DNA of 64,000 bases from Octopus sinensis (lineage: Eukaryota): NCBI RefSeq assembly GCF_006345805.1, contig NC_043004.1, forward strand, positions 34,782,001 to 34,846,000. Direction: 5' to 3'. The notes under the pieces are model-generated. The model had not been told where the DNA came from, did no database searches, and saw only the letters and a list, made by a program, of their open reading frames with translations. The first letter of the stretch is position 1; each line of letters begins with the position of its first letter. This document shows positions 38,085 through 52,494 of this stretch, one piece after another. A program made the position numbers and the translations under genes.

Positions 38085-38407
38085 GATATATATGTATGTA
38101 TATGTGTGTATGTATATATACACATACATATATAGAGAGAGAGCTATATAAGTAGATAGATAGATAGATATACATGATGATGATTATAATGAAGATGATG
38201 ATGATATCTATCTATCTATCTATTTATATCTCTCTCTATAAATATGTATATATGTATGTATATATATATATATATAAATCTAGAGAGAGAGATACATACA
38301 TACAAAGATATATACATGTATGTATACACGTAGACATTATAATAATATTCTCTTTCTCCTTATATACATATATACATTTATGTATGCATGTGTGTATATA
38401 TATGTAC

Positions 38408-38448
<41 letters not shown>

Positions 38449-38820
38449 TATATATATATTATATAGATATATATATATATAGATATATATGTATGTATAT
38501 GTGTGTATGTATATATACACATACATATATAGAGAGAGAGCTATATAAGTAGATAGATAGATAGATATACATGATGATGATTATAATGAAGATGATGATG
38601 ATATCTATCTATCTATTTATATCTCTCTCTATAAATATGTATATATGTATGTATATGTGTGTATGTATATATATATATATAAATCTAGAGAGAGAGATAC
38701 ATACATACAAAGATATATACATGTATGTATACACGTAGACATTATAATAATATTCTCTTTCTCCTTATATACATATATACATTTATGTATGCATGTGTGT
38801 ATATATATATATATATGTAT
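38080..38820. repeat. Tandem duplication (~400-bp period) of a microsatellite-rich unit
   Basis: gagctatataagtag at 38141 and 38538; tctagagagag at 38279 and 38684. Confidence 0.9.
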
Positions 38821-38821
38821 G

Positions 38822-38876
<55 letters not shown>

Positions 38877-39492
38877 ATATGTATGTATGTATGTATATGT
38901 GTGTGCGTGTGTGTACATATATAAATAGAGATATAAATATAGATACATGTAGTGATACATGTGTGTATGTGTAATTTACACAAAAACTTCTATATGTGTG
39001 TAGATGTGTATGCACGTATACAAACCGGTACTTGTTTGAAGATAAGTGAAACACAAAAAAAAGTGACTGGAAAATACAGGAAGAATCAATGGAAAAGTTT
39101 CCAAGAAAACATTGCAATATAGTTGGAGATTGAATAATAGAAACAGGAACATTTACAGCGAACAAACAACAAGTCTTTCAAACGTTAGACTATTTCTCAT
39201 TTTTCTTAAACTCTCAGAGAAGATAACTTCAAATCTTGAAACACATACATATGTGTGTGTGTGTGTGTGTGTGCTTATATTGTATGTTGTATGTATCTCT
39301 TGATAGGTATATGCATGTGTATGTATGTATGTGGGTGTTTTTGTGTGTATGTGTGTATAGGTATACATATACGTATATATGTATACACACGCACAATAAA
39401 TAGCTAAAGATATATATCTATATACATATGTATATCTGCGTATGTATGTGTGTGACCTTTTTTTAATATCTATATACACAGACATATATATT

Positions 39493-39544
<52 letters not shown>

Positions 39545-39598
39545 TACGTACATGTATGCATGCATACATATATCCGTATATGTATGTATAAATATATG

Positions 39599-39635
<37 letters not shown>

Positions 39636-39777
39636 ATTATTATTATTATTATTATTATTATTGTTATTATTATTATTATTATTATTATATACATATACAT
39701 ACTTATAAACGCGTGCTCAGTGAGTACTTTGTTTTAGTTTTTATTTAATTTTCTTGAACAGCAATTTCAAAACTTAC

Positions 39778-39836
39778 CAACAAGTGTTGGTTGAAGTTTT
39801 CTCAACTTCCACATTTCCACAAATTATTTTAATATG
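39778..39836 (-). CDS. Candidate exon (59 nt, phase 0-2)
   Basis: Acceptor tttttatatttgcatgattttag, donor gtaagt; only one open frame: HIKIICGNVEVEKTSTNTC(W). Confidence 0.35.
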
Positions 39837-40062
39837 CTAAAATCATGCAAATATAAAAATAGTTTGTTTAATTAAATAAATAAACAAACGAATAAAGGTG
39901 TAATGGAAACATGCATGTCCAGAAAAATAATTGGCTTTAGCATGACAAAAGTCCATTAAAGAAACCACTCTAAAAACATACATTGATACAGAGAGAGAGA
40001 GGCCTGACGCGTATATAAGGATATACATGCAGACATATACAGAATATGTTAACAGTAGCTGA

Positions 40063-40098
<36 letters not shown>

Positions 40099-40575
40099 AG
40101 GGGACGAAAGAGAAATGGAGGTAGAAAAGGAGACAGGTAGGTATATATAGAGAAATCATGTAATAAAGAAGTAACAAGGGAAAGAATTGGAATCAATTTT
40201 ATTTTTTATCTTTAATTCATTTCCTATTCATATTTTTTTCCCTTCTCGTCTGAAACTAATCTTTATTTCTGATTTTCCTTTCATTTGCTCTTATTTAATA
40301 ATTCAATTAAAAAAAAATTAGATTTTCTAATCCTACTCTCCTGAACATCATCATCATCGTCGTCGTCATCATCATCAACAACAAACAATCAGAACAGCAA
40401 AGACCATCATAACAATCATCATCATAATAACCACATTGTGGATTATGGTTAACTTTATGAACTTCACAGCATTCTCATGTACTGTTTGGCTCTGATGTAG
40501 GTTTTACGAATCATATATATGCAGGGCTTTGTATATGCGTGTGTCTGTGCGTATGTGTATATATATATATGTATA

Positions 40576-40653
<78 letters not shown>

Positions 40654-40798
40654 TGTATGTATGTATGTATGTATGTGTTAAGAAAAGGGGGTAGTCAGAA
40701 TTTTGGATAATAATTATTTATTTAGTGCTTTCATCTCTTTTGTGAGAATCATCATGAATGATATATGTATGTGTGTGTATATATATATATATATATAT

Positions 40799-41975
40799 AC
40801 GAGTGTGTGCATGTATGTGTGTGTAGGTATGTGCATATATATATATATGCATATATACATATAATATATTTGTATTTATGTACATATATATATATTCATT
40901 AAATAGTTTTATCTCAGTATATTGAGCAATATCATGACATTAATATGCATGTTATTATATACATTATAAAATTTAATCTAAAATATAACGAAATAGAGTA
41001 ATTTATGATGTTAAGTCATTTGCATTTATTCCCCGAGAAATGTGAGTATGCATATATTACACGTATTTTTGTTTGTTCAACTTGTTCACTTTTTTTCTCA
41101 TGAAAAATACAAGAATCTGTGATACTATAAATGAGATTTGAATGATTCTAAGACCTCACTTCCTCCACTGCTGTTTCGCTATGTAAGGCATAAAACTTTC
41201 ATATTCAAAAACAGAGGTTTGTAATGGATATTTATATTTTTGCTTTAATAACTCTACATGTAGATTATGGGGTTTCCTTTATATTTAGTTGCTTAACTGG
41301 ATACAGTTTATATGTATAAATATGGGTGTGTATTCTATGTATATGTATGTATGTATGTATGTATGCATGTATGTATGTATATATATATATATATATTATA
41401 TATATATATAATATATATATATATACGAGTGTGTGCATGTATGTGTGTGTAGGTATGTGCATATATATATATATGCATATATACATATAATATATTTGTA
41501 TTTATGTACATATATATATATTCATTAAATAGTTTTATCTCAGTATATTGAGCAATATCATGACATTAATATGCATGTTATTATATACATTATAAAATTA
41601 ATCTAAAATATAACGAAATAGAGTAATTTATGATGTTAAGTCATTTGCATTTATTCCCCGAGAAATGTGAGTATGCATATATTACACGTATTTTTGTTTG
41701 TTCAACTTGTTCACTTTTTTTCTCATGAAAAATACAAGAATCTGTGATACTATAAATGAGATTTGAATGATTCTAAGACCTCACTTCCTCCACTGCTGTT
41801 CGCTATGTAAGGCATAAAACTTTCATATTCAAAAACAGAGGTTTGTAATGGATATTTATATTTTTGCTTTAATAACTCTACATGTAGATTATGGGGTTTC
41901 CTTTATATTTAGTTGCTTAACTGGATACAGTTTATATGTATAAATATGGGTGTGTATTCTATGTATATGTATGTA
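40799..41975. repeat. Tandem duplication (~625-bp period) bounded by (TA)n/(TATG)n
   Basis: ~40799-41345 vs ~41425-41975; two single-base deletions noted in copy 2 (aaatttaatc/aaattaatc, gtttcgc/gttcgc). Confidence 0.95.
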
Positions 41976-42001
41976 TGTATGTATGTATGCATGTATGTAT
42001 G

Positions 42002-42044
<43 letters not shown>

Positions 42045-42234
42045 TTTACACTCATATTCACACACACACACATATATATCAACCTATTTATCTATCTATA
42101 TCTATATTTACATCTACCTGCCTATCTATCAATCCTTATATCTATGTGTGTGTGAGTGTGAGTGTGTGTATGTGTGTGTGCGTGTGTGTGTGCGTGTGTG
42201 TGTGCGTGTGTGTGTGTGTGTGTGTATGTGTGTG

Positions 42235-42299
<65 letters not shown>

Positions 42300-43379
42300 T
42301 TAGAAATTTGAATGAGTTATCATTATCTATAAAAATAATGATAAAGTGGCCAGCAAGCATTATTCAAATAAGCAAAATTTATAGAATATATATATACACA
42401 TACACACATACACATATATATATGTGTATGTATATATATATATATATATTATATATGTATTATATATACTCCTTATTATCATTTATGTGTGTGTGTATAT
42501 ATATATATATCATATACCTGTTAAATGCATATGAAAATAAGTACAGAGAACAAAGGAAATGCATGAAGCACAGAAAACAATGTCTAAATGTACTGGCCAT
42601 AAACAAAAGGCTCCCTTCATCAGCTTTTATCTGGAAGTAATGGTGATTTTGATATGTTATGACAGAATTGCTATCATTTATTGGTATCATTAGCTATTAC
42701 ACAATTGTTACACAGGAATAATTTACTAAACACATGATAACAACATATGAAAATTATTATATTCAGTATTTTCCACTGAGAGAAGAAAAGCACAGAGGCA
42801 AGGTAACATAAAAATGAGATCAAGTTTATATTTTTCTTTTGGCTGTGACAAACAAAGCAAGGGACTGTGTAGGCATAGCATTAAATGATAGCAAATAGAC
42901 TATATGTGTGCAGAAAACAGAGGGACGTTCAGATGGGTTTTTTTTTTTATGTGACTCTAGCACACCCCCTCTTTATTTCTCATCTGTTTTTCTGTTTCAC
43001 AAAGATTGTTTGCAGAATTAACTGGATTTTCCTCTCATAATAGATTATACGTACAAACATTCCTTATTTTGTTTATTTGACTCACAACATTTCATTGGCA
43101 GCCTGTTTTCTGCATATACATACATGATGGCCATCAACTCACGAGTGAGGAAAACCATTACTGATCTTTAGGAACATTGTGTGCTGAAGACTACCTTATA
43201 CTTTACATTTGCGGCACCATTGCTGACTAACAAGCTCTGCTCTTGACAAACATACCTGACTGCAAACATTACAGACCAAGCTTTCCCCATTCAATACATT
43301 AGCAGTGTGTTTTTGAGAAGCATGCTAAAATTCTTCATAAAGAATGTATGTTCTTTCAAAGGTATCGACTCCCTCCTTT

Positions 43380-44660
43380 ACCCGTTTCCTCCATCCATGG
43401 CAATGGTAAGCATTGCTCTCCCAGTCAGCCTCCCACATTTCACAGGCCTTTAATGGAGACTTTACACTGTCCTTAAATCACAGTCTTGGCTTCTGCAGGG
43501 ATCGCTTTCCACTAACAATTTCCCTATATAGCATCTGTTTAGGGATCCTGCTATCATTCATTCTAACAAGGTGTCCAGTCCAACATGACCAGTGTTTGTG
43601 CACCATCACCACAATACTCATGATATCGGCGTTCTTCAGGACCTGTGTGTCTGGAGTTTTTAAGGTCCAGCCAATATTCAGAATGTATCTCCAACATCTC
43701 TGATAGAAGTGTTGAAGGACCTTTACATGACGTTTGTAAAGGGTCCATGTCTCACATGAGTAAAGGAACAATGTCATTATACATGCATGACACACAGCAA
43801 TTTTTGTTTGCTTTGTAATGCCATATTGGGACCAGAAATGAGACTCAGGCGACCTGAAGGAATCAGTTGCTCTCTGCAGCCTGAAATATTTCCTCATCCA
43901 GGGAGCAAGAATGGCTGAGTGTGTTGCCCAGGTGGACAAACTTGTCAACCACTTTCAGTATTGTTCCTTCAACCAAGATAGCTGATTCCATATATGGATC
44001 TCCTGGTGCAGATGAGAACATTACAACAGTCTTGTCCAGGCTAATGCTGAGTCCAAATGCCATGCAAGAAGCCAGAATATGATTGACAAGTATTTTCATA
44101 TCATCCACTGTATAAATGACTAAATCACAGTCATCTGCAAAAAGGAAGTCACGAATAAGAGACTGCAAAACTTTTGGATTGGCAGCAAATTGACACAGGT
44201 TAAAATAGACAGCCAGAAGATCAATACCTGACATATATCCCAGGAGAGTTTCCACAGCAAAAGCATGAGTAAGAGTAACAGTAAAGTACAGAAACAAGAA
44301 AGTTGGGGGCAAGGATCTCACCCTGCTTCACACCATTCTCTACAGAAATGGGTTTTGCCATACCACCACTAACATTGATCAAAGCCTCCATCTCATCATG
44401 AAATGATTTAATTATAGATAGAAAGTGATCCAGACATCCAAGTTTGCCACGTATTTTCCATAGAAAGGCCCTATTCACAGTATCAAAGGCCTTCGTTAAA
44501 TCAATGAATACCTGGACAAGACCCATATTCTGCTCATAGCACTTCTCCTGCTGTGAAAATCATATCCATCATTTCTTTTCCAGATTGGAAACCACATTGA
44601 GATTCAGATAGAACATCATTTACAAGACACCTATTCAGGTGGGTAAGAAGAATACTTGCC
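43380..44660 (-). mobile_element. RTE (BovB-like) LINE RT region, frameshifted
   Basis: VFIDLTKAFDTVNR..LWKI..KLGC; NGVKQGEILAP; LIRDFLFADDCDLV; YSCETWTLY; WTGHLVRMNDSRIPKQMLY. Confidence 0.92.
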
Positions 44661-44689
44661 AGCAGCTGATAATAGAGCTACTGTTATTT

Positions 44690-45130
44690 GGTCAGGTTGT
44701 CAGCGACTAAACTGGCACCTCTATCAGGCTAGCCTGGAGAGGAGGGTTGCTAGAAAGCCAGCAAGACTAAACACAAGACCTGTTTAAATGCCGGATGAAC
44801 CGAGTGCTGGTTCAACGACTGCCTAGCAATAGAATGGGCACACAGAAATTCCAGGATGGTTTCCAGCATGCTGGGCAACCACTGGGAGGGAGGCTCTTGT
44901 TGAAGCATGTCTCTAGGAGAAGGTCACTCTGATATAAAACCAGATTTGCAGAGAATGGCGTTGGGCATTTAATGGGGAGGGGATCTTTTGCTTATGCTTG
45001 AAATCATGGTGCTCCCACACCCCTCAGCCTGCAACTCATATTGGCACCAGACATGTCACTCGGGTTTGTCTCTGGATAACATCAGTAGAGTGGGGAGGGC
45101 CTGTGAGGTGTTGTCCAAACCTTATTGGAC
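44690..45130 (+). mobile_element. Possible RTE 5' UTR-like fragment
   Basis: Higher GC than flanks; tctaggagaaggtcactctga resembles RTE 5' UTR motifs; no coding support. Confidence 0.3.
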
Positions 45131-46199
45131 TTAAAACTTTGCACAGGCATTGCTGACTTCTTCCTTTACACATGCATTGCTTCTCTTTTGTTTACATACA
45201 TATATGCACGCATGCAAGCACACACACTCATTTGTACATTCATTTTCTATACTGGCATGGGTTGCATGTTTTAATGGGATCCAAGAAATTGAGGGAGTAT
45301 TTTGTGCTACAAGGTGCCATTTTTGGTAGGGTTATATTGTTAGCTGGCCATAACACTAACCACGTTACAAAGTCTATGAGGTGCATTTTCTCATGAGACC
45401 AACATCAAAGATATCACTTTGCCATCAGCAAAACTAAAGAAGTTCCTCACACTTTGCATTGCCATGGCTTGAATTGATTACGAATGATTTACAAAGTATT
45501 CCGAGGGTATTTTTGTGCAACCAGCACTGTTGAGGTTACCTTGCAGTCTGCAAAGCCAAACAGAGCTCCCAAGATGAGTGCAACAGGTTTTTGTTGTGAG
45601 GATAGTCATGAAAAGAACAACGGCTGGAACTGTGTTTGTGTGAGAGTCATAGAATCAGGAGGTGGGGAAGAGTAATCTCAGAGATTAGTGTGGAAGGGAG
45701 AGGGGGACAAAGTGATATCAGTGATGGGATGGAGTGAGTGGATGAACCCAATGACAGGGTGAGTTAGTCTGCCTGCAGCTGGTAACAAGGATTGTATGGC
45801 ACTTCAGGATTCAAGGCACACACACACACACACACACACACACATCCCCTCCCCACTATCACAGAGTTTTTTTGACTCTGTGAAGTGTTTGCCCACTTAG
45901 GGTAACATAGGAGAGAAGTTGAACAGAAGAGTGATGAGAGAAGAGGAATTAGAAAGGAAGCAAGTGAAGCTTTTAAGAATGAGATGGTGGAAGGAGTGTA
46001 GTTGGAGTGAGAAGGAGATAAAGGAAAGAGAGAAAGAGAGAGAGAGAGTGATGGTGAGATGGAAAGGCATCGGGGATCTGGAAGATAGCAAATGTAGCAA
46101 GGAACTGCTAGGTGTGAGGCTCAAATGTGTGCAGGTAAACACACACACACACATACACACACACACGCAGGCACACACATACATACACATATTCATTAG

Positions 46200-47090
46200 A
46201 GCCATCGTTTAACATTTATTTTGCCATGAGTGGGCAGGTCTTTCCCAGCACTACATGTCATCACTCATCTCAATTCTTTGCCAATCCCTCCATGTATATC
46301 AACATCATTAGAGTAGTTTTCTCTCCTTCATCCTGTGTTTTGCAGGGTCTCCTTCCTCTATAATTTCCTTCTACTTTGAGCTCTCCTCACTTCTTTTACA
46401 CACCTGTAATCATCTGTATACATCACATGCCTATAGCAATGCAGTCCTTTCTCTGCATATTACACCTGATTCTTCTAATGCCTTATTTTTCTCTCACTTC
46501 ATTTATGTTCTGTTGTTTGTTCACACCAACATTACACATCTGGTACAGCACACTTGTTCTATTTATTTCTAGTCTTTGCAATGCTTCTGCATTCACAGCT
46601 GATTGCATTGCAACAACACACTCCAAGCACAAGCTTTATAGAGTCAGCCTTTCCCTCTGAGAAAGGAACCTTTTGTTACCAAAAGTAATGATAGCTCACT
46701 GAATATTGCTCTAACCCTTTCTTACCCTGGCAACTACACTTTCAAAACTCCCGCTACTATTATCAATTCAGTCACATTGATAACAAAAACTATCAACTTC
46801 TTCTTCTAAGAGTCTTTCAGGCTTTCCAGAGGACCTATTTCTGGAATATTCTTAGCATGCATTGCTCTTGTACCTGGGATTCTGCAACAACCATTTTGCA
46901 TCCATAAGTCTACATAGAGTAAACCATATGAAATTTCAACGCCTTTTCCACATACTGAGCATTTCCCTGATGGTCGCAGAGAGAGTCTTGTCCATTTTCA
47001 TTGTCTTTGCTAAGTTTAATGCGAGACTTTATGATCCTGAAGATAATGGATGTCTTATACCTAGAACCTGAAGATTGTTTGGAGACACTA
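46200..47090 (-). mobile_element. Older decayed RTE LINE 3' portion
   Basis: Minus translation EVDSFCYQ....NSSGSFESVVARVRKG is homologous to 11410-11520. Confidence 0.65.
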
Positions 47091-47266
47091 GGGGTATTAT
47101 TAAAACCTGCCTAGAAAACATCTCCAATGCATGAAACTATGAGTAGCTCATAACTGTATATTGTGTACATTAGACAATACTTATTTTTCATATGGCGGAG
47201 TACTTTTTTGTTGATCTTATCTTAACTGTAATGTGACACACACACACACATACACACACACACACT

Positions 47267-47306
<40 letters not shown>

Positions 47307-47526
47307 CATACATATATAGAGTCAAGACTATTGAAAAGGTTGCAAGACACAACGAAAATTTTAGGAAAATAAAAACAAGAAATAAGTAGAAATTTAACCA
47401 GTGAGTGTGTTACAATATAAGGCACAAAAAGAAAATGACTCTCCACAGGCACAACAGAATGTTCTTCAACACACGAACTCATATAAAGAATCTTGCAAAC
47501 CAAATCCCAAAACGAATTATATATAT

Positions 47527-47635
<109 letters not shown>

Positions 47636-47737
47636 GATAGATAGATAGATAGATAGAGATAGGTAGATACATAGATATACATATGCAAATACACTTATGT
47701 TTGTGTGTGTGTTTGTGCACTACACTCACACACACTG

Positions 47738-47959
47738 TATTCTTTTATATGTCTCAGTCATTTGACTGTGGCCATGCTGGAGCACCAACTTTAGTCGAAC
47801 AAACTGACCCCAAGACTTGTTCTTTGTAAGCCTAGTACTTATTCTATCAGTCTCCTTTGCTGAACCACTAAGTTATGGGGATGTAAGCACACCAACATTG
47901 GTTGTCAAGCAATAGTGAGGGAGGGGCAAGCACAGACACACAAATATATACACACACAC

Positions 47960-47999
<40 letters not shown>

Positions 48000-48142
48000 G
48001 ACGGGCTTCTTCTAGTTTCCGTCTACCAAATCCACTCACAAGGCTTTGGTCGGCTCAAGGCTATAGTAGAAGACACTTGCCCAAGGTGCCATGCAGTGGG
48101 AATGAACCCAGAACTATGTGGTTGGGAAGCAAGCTACTTACC
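47738..48142 (-). mobile_element. SINE family A, full length, internal (TA)n
   Basis: Reverse complement of 61681-62105. Confidence 0.85.
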
Positions 48143-48239
48143 AAAATTTAGCTTTATGTGTTTGTGTGCTCGCCCATCAAAAGTGATGACTTCCATCCTC
48201 CTCAGTCTCCAACACATTGTTTCTCATGGAAACAGACTT

Positions 48240-49738
48240 GGCTGACAAGGCTAAAATGAAATAAGTAGATCCTGTGCTACCGAGTGTCCTGAAATTGACT
48301 CCAAACAGGGGTTTTATGACAACATCTTCTCCTCACTTCTTGCAGTTTCCTGCATTTGGTTTCAAAGCACTCTGCTGCAGCACCACACATGGTCCTCCAA
48401 GCTCAGAAGATTAACAGCCTGGGACTTCTACCAATTGGGAGGGACACCACATAAAATGAGACCACTTGTGATGATTGTGCAAAGGAAGTTTTGGACGTTC
48501 ACGAGGCCTACATCCAGCCTTGATCTCACTGAAGAGGATCGTCTTTGGGAGCCAATTACTCAGCATCCAAACCACCAATTTAGTGGAGAAGACAATGAAG
48601 GATGCAAGAACAGTTTTCTGATCTGGCACCAATAAAGGGTCCAGCACTCAGACCCATACAACAGGACAGTGGATACAGAACTTGATAAATGGAGATTTTG
48701 TGCTTTGCTCTGAGGTTCTCATTCTGAAAGACTCATTCTTTGAGTTACCTAAAAGATGCAGAGGCCAAGCTGATCCGACCGAGTATCTCTTCATCAAGGA
48801 GTCCAGCGTTGGAGATTGTGTTTCCAAGACAGAAGAATGAGTTCACCTGCAGCAGAGGAGCACCATCTCAATAAGTACAGGCTTAGGGGGAGGTGAGTAT
48901 GGGGAGGTGAGTATGGGAAGGTTGATTTTCGATAATTCCCTCCAAAACCAAGTCAAGGATAGGCACCATTCATTGAAAGAGGTGTAAACGGGCAGTGTCA
49001 GAGCTAAGCCGTTGGGAACTTCGGTTCCTGGTAGGGTCACCAAAGGCGGATTGGTCTGGCACCGAGTGGTATTAGGGCCGCAGCCTGGCCAACGGGGATC
49101 TGGTGAAAATTCCAAGAGGCACCTGATCAGCAACCAGTGGCTTCGAGGTCGTTCTGTCCCTGCGTCTGTGGAGACTCTGCGGCAAATAGGCGTCCTGTCA
49201 CTCGGGATATGCATGCGGGATGTTGGGAATCGCTTGTGAATTCAATATTCCCACGAAATTTCTTCTATGAATCAGAAGAAGCCAGTTCAACCCGCTCTGG
49301 GTGAACGCCGTCACAAGTACAAGTAAGTAAGAGGTATGAGAAGCTGTACCTGAATTGTCAGCATATTGAATCTCATACACAGAAGCTGAGAGGAATTTTG
49401 ATGTGGATTTCAGGTGGTCAGTGTTAAAGATGCTGCCATTGTAGCAGTACCTGATATGAATTCTGTCTGCTTCGGTGAGCTGTCTCCAGTAAAGAAAGGT
49501 TACAGTCACCAGGCAATTGTTAAACAGTACAGGGGCATGTACTCAGCTGTCTTTTATCCCCACCTGGACATCAAAGGGTTCTGAGACTTCACTGCTAAGT
49601 GTCACTCTTACCTGCATACCATCGCAAAACTTGTGGAGGATCAAAAGCAATGTTGGTGGACAGCCAAACCTTTTGAAGCAAGAATACACATGATGACAGT
49701 ATCAAACTGCTTTGTTAGATCGATGTAGGTGTAACATA

Positions 49739-49784
<46 letters not shown>

Positions 49785-49980
49785 GTTCATGACACTTTTC
49801 AAGAAGATTAACCACAAATATCATGTCAGAAGTGCTTCTTTCTGGTTGAAATCCACACTGGGACTCAGGTATAATCAAGTTGGCAACATGAAATAGAAGA
49901 CATCAGAGGTTCTTGCCAACATTATCCATAAGGGAGACTTCCCTACTATTACTGCACTCTGCACGGTCTCCCTTGTGTTT
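48240..49980 (-). mobile_element. Second RTE (BovB-like) LINE relic with a nested insert
   Basis: KGDRAECSNSREVSLMDNVGKNL; YEIQYADNSG; GNTISNAGLLDEEILGRI; NWLPKTILFSEIKAGCRPRERPKL. Confidence 0.85.
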
Positions 49981-50949
49981 GTAGATTATACAAAGATTAT
50001 GTGTTTGTGTATGTATATATACATATACATACACATATGTATATACATATACATACACATATGTATATATACATATACATACACACACACACATAGTTAT
50101 ATATATACACAAGCACACAGTCATAATTCATCTCTCTCTCACTCCAAAGTTTATTGTTTTTTTGTTTTCCATGTTAGTCTTCAAAATTTGTTTTCCTGTC
50201 AATGAACTGATAAAGTACAACTCATTGCAAGCGTTCATTCACAAAATGCTGTCTACTTAGTAATTAGCGCATCAGATAAGAAGCAGTTGTAGATGTAGAC
50301 ACACATACAAACACCAGCAATAATATTATTATGCAATAATATTATGTTTTAATAGTGTTAATACTTTGAAGAAGATAGACAGTCAAGTCTTGTTTTAATG
50401 AGCAAAAGAAAGTGAAAGGAAAATGCAAATGGGATGGAAATATAAAACTGGAAATGACAAAACTGAAATAGAGAAGAAAAAAATAAATAAGCATACCATA
50501 TTACTTCAAATATATAAAAAACACAAACCTATGAAATTTATTTAATATCTTTATGTAATATGAGCAGAAACAATGCATTCACATTACTTCTAGTCAAAAT
50601 ATAACATTCATTTATACAAGAAATAAGATTTATGATTATGTGTTCATGAATGCTCAGCTTATTCACTCAGGTGTTAATATACAAAAAGCTGTGTTTTATA
50701 TGTTGGTGTATCTTATCAATTGTTGCGTTTGTGTTCCTCTCAGCATCGGTTTGCGTAAGCCCAATATTTTCTTTTAGTTGGGAGCATGTGAAGAAGGGTG
50801 AATGTTGCCTATTATTTATGTGTCTTATAAACATCTGTGTTTGAATGCCAGTTTTAGTTGTATCTTTGTAAGGGTAGATTCCCTATTAGATTTGTATGTG
50901 TGTTAGTATTATGATAGATCAGTAACCACTACATGCATTTTAATTTTGT

Positions 50950-51110
50950 CTCCTTGTTTTTTTCTGTGTCCCTTTCTGTAGAAGAGCGTAGACTCGAAAC
51001 GTAAAAGACTTTTTCAATTTCCTGAGCGTTATACTAATACCTCTGTTTGTTTTATACACCACCTGTCTTCGTCTTTTGTTTTTTTTGTGAACTCTCCCCC
51101 TATATATATA
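50950..51110 (+). mobile_element. Repeat family F (Penelope-like terminal repeat fragment) with hammerhead-like motif
   Basis: Reverse complement of 7500-7670; motif at 50972-51007. Confidence 0.55.
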
Positions 51111-51202
51111 TGTGTGTGTGTGTGTGTGTATGTGTGTGGCTTGTCTAAGTATTTGATAATACTTGTGTGTGTGTGTGGCTTGTCTAAGTATTTGATAATA
51201 CT

Positions 51203-51236
<34 letters not shown>

Positions 51237-51370
51237 CAGGTGAGTGCCTGCTTTCACATTTAAATCTGTGTTTATTGTACACGTGCACATTACATTTTTC
51301 TCTTTCTTTCATGAATGGACAGCAATTATTTTTCCATGTTCATTAAATAAGGAACAAAATTCCTTTATAC

Positions 51371-51398
51371 TTTGAGGATTCCAGGGTTCAGAGATATT
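51371..51398 (-). CDS. Candidate small exon (28 nt)
   Basis: Long polypyrimidine acceptor ttttttcttttttttacttaaaatgatttccag, donor gtataa; the phase 2-0 frame reads ISLNPGILK. Confidence 0.25.
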
Positions 51399-52494
51399 CT
51401 GGAAATCATTTTAAGTAAAAAAAAGAAAAAAATCCTGTGTGTCGAAAGTACATTAGATGAAACATTTTATTGGCTAAATGGACTGTTTTTGGTAAAATCA
51501 TGGAACACACAAACAAACATGCTTTGGATTTTAGTATTAGAAAGATTGTTATACACATCTAGTTTGTTTGATCTTGAAAACTGGTGGAAGAGACTTGTTA
51601 TGAAATTTTCATGACTTTACCGTTTCTGCATATGTTTGGTTGAAGTGTATTTCATGAGGAAAAGAAAAACAAATAGGCATTTATATGTTGTCAATGGATA
51701 TCTCTCTAAGTCTGAATTCACCAAGCTGTAAGAATCAACAACTCTTTCAATAAGGTGCTTAAGCTCCAATTTCATTTGAAAATTTAGAATCCTGACCTTT
51801 TGCAGATTTTCCTCAAGTGTGATATCTGTTTTTTTCTTTCTTTCTTTCTTTTTGTCTTTAAATATTTCCGAGTTTCATTGAAAAGGGCAAATGTAGTAAC
51901 TTTTATTTATATTTTTACCTATAATATCATTTCATTAAATATATTTTTTGAAAACAGCTTGCCTCAAGGAATTATCTGTCTTAGATACTACAGTGTCACA
52001 TTCCCTTGTACTGGAAGTTTACTCACACACTTTGAATCAGAAACAAACATAATATTCACAAAAGTATATTAAATGTGTTTACAACAGACTGTAAACTTTT
52101 GACATTCTTATTACACATTGCTGCGTAAATATTTGAAATCAAGTTGTTACTGCTCCAGGGAAGGAAATAAGTATCACATCTGTTTCCTGAGGTACTGTGC
52201 CATCAAAGCTATCATATGAAGAATAAAAGGAAAAGGGGAAACAAAAGATACACAGATTGGTTTCCATATATAAATATGTGAAACAATATACAGTTAGAGT
52301 TTGATTATTAACCTCCGCTTCTGTGTTTGTATGTCCAACATTTTGTGTTGATTCGTGTGTATTCTGTCCAGTCTTCTATTCTTAAATAGACACATTCATA
52401 CAGCAGCATCACAAGTCTAGCTCTAAACTTAATAAGAATATTACAGGAAGCTTCCAAAGCACTGAAACACTGTTATAATGTCATTTGGATACTA

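Noticed and set aside
51138-51208. 39-bp tandem duplication between (GT)n tracts; also a 19-bp duplication at ~24690-24722
   Set aside because: Ordinary slippage products next to microsatellites
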